Virus record (IMG/VR): IMGVR_UViG_3300046167_000744
Location: 10,373-74,372 of that record
DNA length: 64,000 nucleotides
Reading direction: 5' to 3' (one strand)
Source: a virus
How positions within the stretch are numbered: the first letter of the stretch is position 1; each line of letters opens with the position of its first letter. A model generated the notes under the pieces. It saw only the letters and a list, made by a program, of their open reading frames with translations. It was not told where the DNA came from and did no database searches. Below, in pieces: positions 57,971 to 64,000 of the stretch. The position numbers and the translations under genes were made by a program.

Positions 57971-58054
57971 CCCCTGGTCCCTAGCTACTAGCTACTAGCC
58001 CCTCGCCCCTCGCCCCTCGCCCCTCGCCCCTAGTCCCTAGCTACTAGCTACTAG
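57971..58054. repeat. Heptamer tandem array (CTAGCTA / CTCGCCC) with a G-quadruplex-like core
   Basis: Eleven to twelve 7-bp units; five CCCC runs at 57999, 58006, 58013, 58020, 58027. Confidence 0.85.
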
Positions 58055-58485
58055 GAAGGGAAGTGACCTGCGCTCGACTTAGGGACCACCTTCATATACT
58101 TGGTGGCGAGGATCGGACACTGAGCCTCGATGGAGTCTCTGCCCTCATCCTGATTGGCCCCCTGTAACTTCTTCATTCTTGATAGCGTGGTGGCGCTCGG
58201 CATTTCCTGGCTCAAGTAGAGTCGCAAGGTTGAGCGAGCCTTCTGCAGCTTGGGATGCTTCACCTTCACTACGTCCAGCATTATATTTGCGAGATCCGCT
58301 CGGCCCTGCGCCTCGCCTATCGCCAGGTGCTTATAGATAGCCATATGGATTTCCCATTTGCGGTTCCGTATATACCAGGCCACGTCAGCTACGGCGTTCT
58401 TAATAACAGCGTCCATTTTCTTCTCATCGAGATGAGGTGAGGCTATTATCATATTCTCTACTTGGGTCAATTTAGTTATTTCCAT
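58051..58485 (-). CDS. Hypothetical protein
   Basis: ORF with likely start MEITK after AAGGA; overlaps the upstream gene. Confidence 0.55.
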   Translation of the reverse strand: MEITKLTQVENMIIASPHLDEKKMDAVIKNAVADVAWYIRNRKWEIHMAIYKHLAIGEAQGRADLANIMLDVVKVKHPKLQKARSTLRLYLSQEMPSATTLSRMKKLQGANQDEGRDSIEAQCPILATKYMKVVPKSSAGHFPS

Positions 58486-59494
58486 GTCTAAGTCCTTTGG
58501 ATATATCAACGGTGCAATCACTCTGCACCTCGGTTATGGAACCTGCACTAGATATAGTAATATCCCTAGCACGTATTTTCTGTAAATATAATTTAGATAG
58601 GTTGGTCTGCGAGTCACTAGATGCGTGGTCCAGGTAGCTCTCCATCTCGCCAGCCCAGCTGGGCCACTCACCAGGTTGAGGAGCAGGTCTCACCTCTTTC
58701 TGATTTGCGTATGTAGCTATCATGCGCTTCTTCCGTTTAGCTAGGGTGCTATCAACTTTAGCCTCGAAACTAAGTCGCTTGGCCCTACTGAGACGCATCT
58801 TCTCTACCTCTAGTTGCTGGTGCATGCGTAGGATTATACTATTTTTCCAGCGCTGTATCAGGCGTATAACATCATCAAGGCTGCACCAGCCCCAAAGCGT
58901 CTCGCCTATCTCATCAGGCATTATATCCAGTATCTTCTCCAGCTCCTCTTTGGCTTCCTCTTTACTAATCCTACCCTCGTTAAATACTGAGGTGTAGCCC
59001 TTCATCGAGGTGAGCTTCTCTATAGCCCTGGTAGCGTCACGGATATGGTAGTTGAGTTGCACTAGCTTCCTGCTGCTGCGCTCCTCTGGAATGCCCTTCA
59101 GGTCCCAGGTGGTGTAGTATGGGTCTAGCATACCTATCTCTACATTCTCGCACTGACCTGGTAGGTCGCACTCGTCGATAACGACTTCACTTATATGCAT
59201 TTTCACTTGGGCGTGTCTCTTGCGCCACGAAGCTACGGCCAGGTTATGCTCCTGGTGGTTCATAGTATCTATGCCCATCTCGTTGCAAGCCTCGTAGTAG
59301 AGCTGCCTTAAGATTTTGTTAGATGTTGTATTATGATCCCTAGCTATTTGATCGAACTGCCTATGTATATCATCAGGCACATCAAGCCTGACATACGCAG
59401 CGACAGCGCCGCCCCTATGCAGACCTTCCTCGTAACCAGCAGCTATAACTTTCGGATAGCCTCTGGCATCTAAGTCGGGAGTTTTGCTCTTCAT
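58472..59494 (-). CDS. Hypothetical protein with possible N-terminal ribbon-helix-helix
   Basis: VRLDVPDDIHRQFDQIARDHNTTSNKILRQL; promoter TGGTATACT at 59529-59537. Confidence 0.65.
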   Translation of the reverse strand: MKSKTPDLDARGYPKVIAAGYEEGLHRGGAVAAYVRLDVPDDIHRQFDQIARDHNTTSNKILRQLYYEACNEMGIDTMNHQEHNLAVASWRKRHAQVKMHISEVVIDECDLPGQCENVEIGMLDPYYTTWDLKGIPEERSSRKLVQLNYHIRDATRAIEKLTSMKGYTSVFNEGRISKEEAKEELEKILDIMPDEIGETLWGWCSLDDVIRLIQRWKNSIILRMHQQLEVEKMRLSRAKRLSFEAKVDSTLAKRKKRMIATYANQKEVRPAPQPGEWPSWAGEMESYLDHASSDSQTNLSKLYLQKIRARDITISSAGSITEVQSDCTVDISKGLRHGNN

Positions 59495-59551
59495 TATGAT
59501 ACCCTCTCTAGTTAATACCTTTATCTATAGTATACCATAGGAGCCATTAAA

Positions 59552-60083
59552 ATGCGACGATTCCAGAGACAGCCGAGACAATACTCTAAAGCAGGACTAG
59601 CAGGCCTTGAAGCCAAGCGTAACGGTGCTGATGCAGGAGTCCCAAATAGAGATGATAGCAAATGTATACCTTAACGAAGGCACCGCTGAGATATGCAAGC
59701 GTTATGAACCATACAAGCGAGTTAGCGGTGGAGCTAAAACCTTTAAGGCTGTCTACGCAGGTAAGTCAGGTTGCGACTTTGAGCTGTGGTTACCCGATGG
59801 TAGATCAGGCCACCTGGAGCTAAAGAGCCGTGAAGCTGACCGTATAACGAAGAGCGCCATAGATGATACCCAAGCTGCTCAGCTTACCCGACGTGCAGCC
59901 TGGGGGCATATAGCTGGGATTGTCGTGCGTCTTCGGGGCGTGTGGTATTACGTCCCTTGGTCCCGATGGTCTGAAGGTGACCGTAAGTCTCATAACGTGA
60001 AGCAGCTAGGTGAGATAGGCACTGTGATACCTATGCGCTCAGGCCTACCTGATATCGTTAAGGCTATACCAGGCTCGCCATAG
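59552..60083 (+). CDS. recU: RecU-like Holliday junction resolvase (one apparent extra base near 59635)
   Basis: ESQIE..ANVY, ICKRYEP, KSGCDF, HLELKS, QAAQL, GIVV; AGGAG-preceded ATG at 59552 joins the frame at NGADA/ESQ. Confidence 0.75.
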
Positions 60084-61302
60084 CCTGCAGGCGGAGTAGC
60101 TCTTGGAAGCATAGGTCCAGCGTTACATCATCAAGTTCTTCACCGAGGGACTCTACGAGCTGTTTCATCTCCTCGCACCAGTCGTCCCTAGCATCCTCAT
60201 CCTTAAAGCTGATATCGGTCCCATCTAACTCATACTCAGCATCCTCATCAGCCTCGATAAACAATGCGTCGATCAGGTTAGGTATGCCGCTATAGACAAA
60301 CCAGTCTGCGTCGATATCATCATCCTCATCTTCGTCGTCTTCGTAGTTAACGAAGTCTTCAGTATCAGCGAAGAAGCAGTTAGGTCCCGACTCATCCTGG
60401 TCTACCAACTGATTTGTGATATCCAGCTCTACCGTCTCCTGCTCCACTACTACAGGCTCTTGATACAGGATCACCTTATTCTTTAGAACCTCTTGCTCGA
60501 TCTGATATCCATCGTAACTAGGCTTAACACCTCGCAGGCGCTCCAACTTACTGATCAAGCTCCAGCAGATCTTCGATGATCCCCGAACGAGAGCTGCCAG
60601 TGTCTTTAGCTCTGTAATAACGGGATCTATGTATCGGTGACTGATCATATCTCCAATCGTGTCTGCATGCTCATCGAAGGGTAGATCCAGCTTCATACAC
60701 GCATACTTAAGGCAGTTGTATCGGTCCTGACTTGCCACGTCGTTATCCGAGTGGATATCTACAGGCTCACCATCAACCTCGATCTTACGGGCTACAGAAC
60801 TGATCATGCGTCGATGCTGCGGAACCACCTCATCGTAGTATGCGTCCTGCAATCTCTGAACCAGCGCTGTAACATCATTCTCGGCCACCAGGATACAGGT
60901 CTTCGCTGCGGTCAAGCTCTGCCAACGAACTACTGGTAGCTTCAGATCGTCCCGTAGATAACGAACCTGATCCACAGTGCATTTGATTACACGGTCGTTC
61001 TTATTGGCTCGCTGTATTTGGTTTTCACCGTAGACTACAAATGAGTTACGGTTAGCCTGCATATGCATCACCTTCTTGATGATGGAGCGTAGGCACCGTA
61101 AACGGCCCTTCTGACAGATCACCTCTTCAGCCTTAAGGACGTTGAGGCAGGCTGAGATAGCGTCTGCGGAATCATACACCAGTGTTGAGTAGTTCAAGTA
61201 TCCAGGGATCACCTCTGAGGCTAGCGTGGATTGAGCTGTTGTGAGTCTTGTGCTTCTGTATTGTGGATTTATCATACTAAATCTCTTTCTTAAAAGGTCC
61301 AT
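60064..61302 (-). CDS. Hypothetical protein with very acidic C-terminal third
   Basis: 412-aa ORF; start may be at 61275. Confidence 0.7.
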   Translation of the reverse strand: MDLLRKRFSMINPQYRSTRLTTAQSTLASEVIPGYLNYSTLVYDSADAISACLNVLKAEEVICQKGRLRCLRSIIKKVMHMQANRNSFVVYGENQIQRANKNDRVIKCTVDQVRYLRDDLKLPVVRWQSLTAAKTCILVAENDVTALVQRLQDAYYDEVVPQHRRMISSVARKIEVDGEPVDIHSDNDVASQDRYNCLKYACMKLDLPFDEHADTIGDMISHRYIDPVITELKTLAALVRGSSKICWSLISKLERLRGVKPSYDGYQIEQEVLKNKVILYQEPVVVEQETVELDITNQLVDQDESGPNCFFADTEDFVNYEDDEDEDDDIDADWFVYSGIPNLIDALFIEADEDAEYELDGTDISFKDEDARDDWCEEMKQLVESLGEELDDVTLDLCFQELLRLQAMASLV

Positions 61303-61751
61303 CGAGGTAGGATTACTCGGTTCATGTATTGGGTAGCGCCCTGTTGGATGAGTCCAAGTGAGCGGTGTGTAGGGCGACCTTCGTAGGACGCTACGTAAAA
61401 GTCTGCGATCTCTTGAGCAACGCTCTCTTTAACGCCCTTTTGACGGATCAAGTTGTAGAAGTTGACGGGAGCGCCAGCCTCATACATTGCGAATAAAGTG
61501 TTACTCACCTTGCACATAGCGATTGAGCGGCCAGTATCACCAAGCTCTTTATAAGCCTTGTGCAATCCCCAAAAGTGACCTGCAACTGCTCGGTGACTTT
61601 GATGGGTCCATGTTCCAAACACTGTAGTAGTCTTCGCTACCGCTGGTGCGTTAATAACTGTTACCGCCATTCTGAAGGCTGCTCCCCAACTGATGTTTTG
61701 GCTCTTCTTAATCTGCCAAGCCAATTTGTTAAGTTCTGCGGTGAATATCAT
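61290..61751 (-). CDS. Hypothetical early-type protein
   Basis: AWQIKK..NISWGAAFRMA N-terminal motif; TAAGGA RBS before 61751; strong promoter upstream. Confidence 0.65.
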   Translation of the reverse strand: MIFTAELNKLAWQIKKSQNISWGAAFRMAVTVINAPAVAKTTTVFGTWTHQSHRAVAGHFWGLHKAYKELGDTGRSIAMCKVSNTLFAMYEAGAPVNFYNLIRQKGVKESVAQEIADFYVASYEGRPTHRSLGLIQQGATQYMNRVILPRWTF

Positions 61752-61804
61752 CTTTAGTTCCTTATGTCTTGCGTCTTTTACGGTGATCTTAGTGGCCACC
61801 CTTC

Positions 61805-61870
61805 ACATTCACTACACTACATGAAACTGCTCACTAACTACAAGTATTTATTTTAAATATTTTTCAACGC
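61805..61870 (-). promoter_or_regulatory. Sigma70-like promoter with AT-rich UP element
   Basis: TTTTAAAATAAATAC-TTGTAG N18 TAGTGT-AGTGAATGT. Confidence 0.55.
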
Positions 61871-62014
61871 AGAAAAACCCTAAGCATCCTGGACACTTAG
61901 AGCATTATGGTTAGACGACATTTGAGTGGCCACTAGCTTTTTACTAGCATGCACCCTGACCGTCTAGTCTGCTAGTGGTTACTCACTAGCCTCACTAACT
62001 TCAGGTCCCTGGCC

Positions 62015-62347
62015 TTATTCGTAATCCCTGCAGAACAGCTGCTGATGTAGATGGAGATAGCGCTCCTGCTTCACATTGAGCTGTGGCATCATGAGCAGCT
62101 GCGTAGCCACCAGGTGATCTACAGGAACCTCTGTCATTTTGTATAGGACCTGAGTCCATTCTTTATAAGCGTGTTCCAACTGCTCCATCTTCTGCGTTCT
62201 AACTACGGACCTGAGAGGTTCAGGAAGGCTCTCTACACCTGATTCATCACATACGGCCTCTACGAATACCTTCTCGTAATATGCTTCATCAGCACTGCCC
62301 TCTTTAGCTTGCTTCCAGTCGTTATACATATCTTGAATACCTTGCAT
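62015..62347 (-). CDS. Hypothetical protein
   Basis: GGAGG RBS before the MQGIQ start, immediately after the polA stop. Confidence 0.6.
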   Translation of the reverse strand: MQGIQDMYNDWKQAKEGSADEAYYEKVFVEAVCDESGVESLPEPLRSVVRTQKMEQLEHAYKEWTQVLYKMTEVPVDHLVATQLLMMPQLNVKQERYLHLHQQLFCRDYE

Positions 62348-62348
62348 C

Positions 62349-64000
62349 TTACTTGCCTCCATAGGTGCTGACGTGCAGCTGATCAATAATCTTAATAGCG
62401 TTAGCTCTAACCGTAGCGATACGAGCTTCCTCTACAGGGTCTGCGGCGGTGACGATCACAACCTCATCTTCTTCATCCTCTTCACTTGGGGTCCATACTT
62501 GGACAACACCGTCGATGATATCGCTCTCAGCATCCTTAGTCCAATGCATGGATAAGGTAGGCTCTGCCACAGCAGGAACGTCAGGCGTGTAACGCTCCAT
62601 ACATTGCTCCATCACAGTTGATAGACGCATAGCAGCCTTTGATGCGCTCGCTCTACCAGCTTCAGTATCTTCGTAGGGACACTCCAACACGATCTCATCA
62701 TGGACAAACATGATAGGCTTGCAACCGTATAGAGGTGACTTCTTCATAAAGTAACACTCCTGGAAAGCCTGGATAACTGCCTCTTTAGCTCCATCGGCGG
62801 ATATACCTTGGAACGGAGTGTTACAGCCGACAGTATACTTGCGAAGATATCTAGCTCGGTTACTGACTCGGAATAAGTAGGTGCGTTCAGCTTCAGAGGT
62901 AAGCTCATCACCCATAACGTCAGTCTTGAACATCTCTGAGCGTAGGCTGAAATACGTATCCATCTCGGACCATACACGTCTCCACATATCACAGAGCTTC
63001 TTGGACTCACCGATACTCATATAGACCTTATAGCCACGAGCGTAATCTACAAAGCTAACGTGACTCAAGCCACCAGCTAAACCAAAGTTGAGGATCTTCG
63101 CAAGGGTCCTGAACTTCTTCATGGTCTTATACATCGCATGCTTCTTATCAGCGTATATAGCCTTCGCCTCATCAAAGCTCATATTCGTGTTCTGCTCAAT
63201 ATTGATCATCTGATAACCAGCGTATAGGTGAGGATCGAAGTGCTTATCCTTCCTATACTCTACAGCCAGCATTGACGCAGCGCCCTGAGTATCCCAGTTT
63301 TCTTGACCGAGACTACGCATCTCAGCGTTACTGTAATCGTTGATAATAAAGATATGTCCATCAGCAGGAGTGATACAATCACGGACAGCTCCACCACGAG
63401 GTAGATTCTGCATATTAGGATCACTACTACTAGTGCGACCTGTGCTGACAAAACCGTTGAGGTTGAAGCGGATACGAGCGTCCTGAGATAAGCGTGAGCG
63501 TCGTAGGCCCTTAATGAAGGTGTTGATTTCCTTCCATAGTGACTCGCACTCCTGGAACGTGCGGAGCGCATCAGCGAGTAGTGTAAGCTCCTCTTGCTGA
63601 GCTTTCTTTAGTGGGACTCTAGTAGTAGGTGTGCGGCCATGCTCAATACCTTTAGAGATCATACGGAGCAAGTTATCGAGAGGTGCTTTAGCGATGCTGA
63701 TCTCAGGTTTGTTCTTCTGCAAAGATGCCTCTGTATAGATCGAAGGCTCTGTATACTGAAGGATAGAGTAGCAACGGTCAAACACGCACTTGACTCTAGC
63801 AGATACAACCTTATGCCCACGCTTATGCTTCTCTACTTTCTTATAGAATCCGAAGTCACCGATACGAACTAGTATCGCATCATGAGCCTGCATCAAGTGA
63901 TCGAAAGCAGCTTGGATCTTGGTCTGATCAATCTTAACGCCAGTCTTAAAGCTCATATACATAAGGCAGAACTCAGCCACAGCTTGGCGCTGAGCGTCGT
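62349..64000 (-). CDS. polA: Family A DNA polymerase (5' part outside the window)
   Basis: TGRTSSSDPNMQNLPR, motif A DYSNAEMR, motif B RTLAKILNFGLAGG, NTPFQG.SAD, motif C FVHDEIV; frame open to the window end. Confidence 0.95.
   Translation of the reverse strand, partial: DAQRQAVAEFCLMYMSFKTGVKIDQTKIQAAFDHLMQAHDAILVRIGDFGFYKKVEKHKRGHKVVSARVKCVFDRCYSILQYTEPSIYTEASLQKNKPEISIAKAPLDNLLRMISKGIEHGRTPTTRVPLKKAQQEELTLLADALRTFQECESLWKEINTFIKGLRRSRLSQDARIRFNLNGFVSTGRTSSSDPNMQNLPRGGAVRDCITPADGHIFIINDYSNAEMRSLGQENWDTQGAASMLAVEYRKDKHFDPHLYAGYQMINIEQNTNMSFDEAKAIYADKKHAMYKTMKKFRTLAKILNFGLAGGLSHVSFVDYARGYKVYMSIGESKKLCDMWRRVWSEMDTYFSLRSEMFKTDVMGDELTSEAERTYLFRVSNRARYLRKYTVGCNTPFQGISADGAKEAVIQAFQECYFMKKSPLYGCKPIMFVHDEIVLECPYEDTEAGRASASKAAMRLSTVMEQCMERYTPDVPAVAEPTLSMHWTKDAESDIIDGVVQVWTPSEEDEEDEVVIVTAADPVEEARIATVRANAIKIIDQLHVSTYGGK

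Noticed and set aside
1-64000. tRNA/rRNA genes, integrase/att sites, diversity-generating retroelement
   Set aside because: No cloverleaf with T-loop, no recombinase or RT motifs, and no adenine-specific TR/VR pair was recognised; I could not run tRNAscan.

Overview
This window is 64 kb of a large dsDNA phage genome with a contractile tail; no integrase or repressor is visible. The + strand (596-50957) carries a Cas4/RecB-like nuclease, an SF2 helicase, terminase, two very large repetitive fibre genes, a lysis-like membrane trio, thyX and dCMP deaminase. These are followed by a SPO1/Twort (Herelleviridae)-like morphogenesis module (portal, protease, capsid, neck, sheath, tube, chaperone, tape measure, baseplate), small early-type genes and phoH. 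The - strand (50954-64000) carries an amidase endolysin, a MazG-like pyrophosphatase, a class II ribonucleotide reductase, a repeat-rich non-coding zone, hypotheticals and the 3' part of a family A DNA polymerase; a RecU-like resolvase lies on the + strand within this block. The most striking unexplained structure is a 350-460 bp bilaterally symmetric non-coding element present four times (about 108-510, 20496-20952, 46202-46566, 55936-56350). Each copy has an AT/TATATA core between mutually inverted TGCCAAA(G/C)TT boxes spanning 122-126 bp, TGGCA/TGCCA pentamers at fixed 45/11/7-bp spacing, IHF-consensus-like sites and flanking arrays of about 42-bp CTAG-rich hairpin repeats. Arms are shuffled between copies, including a perfect 68-bp inverted match 35 kb apart. 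Other points of note: a transcription unit closed by a 16-bp terminal inverted repeat that encodes a very acidic protein, a candidate +1 UUU_CG tail-chaperone frameshift, an altered PolA motif B, and apparent CCGG/CGCG avoidance with CTAG excess. Several single-base insertions that split genes look like sequencing errors. All protein family calls come from motif recognition by eye, not from database searches.
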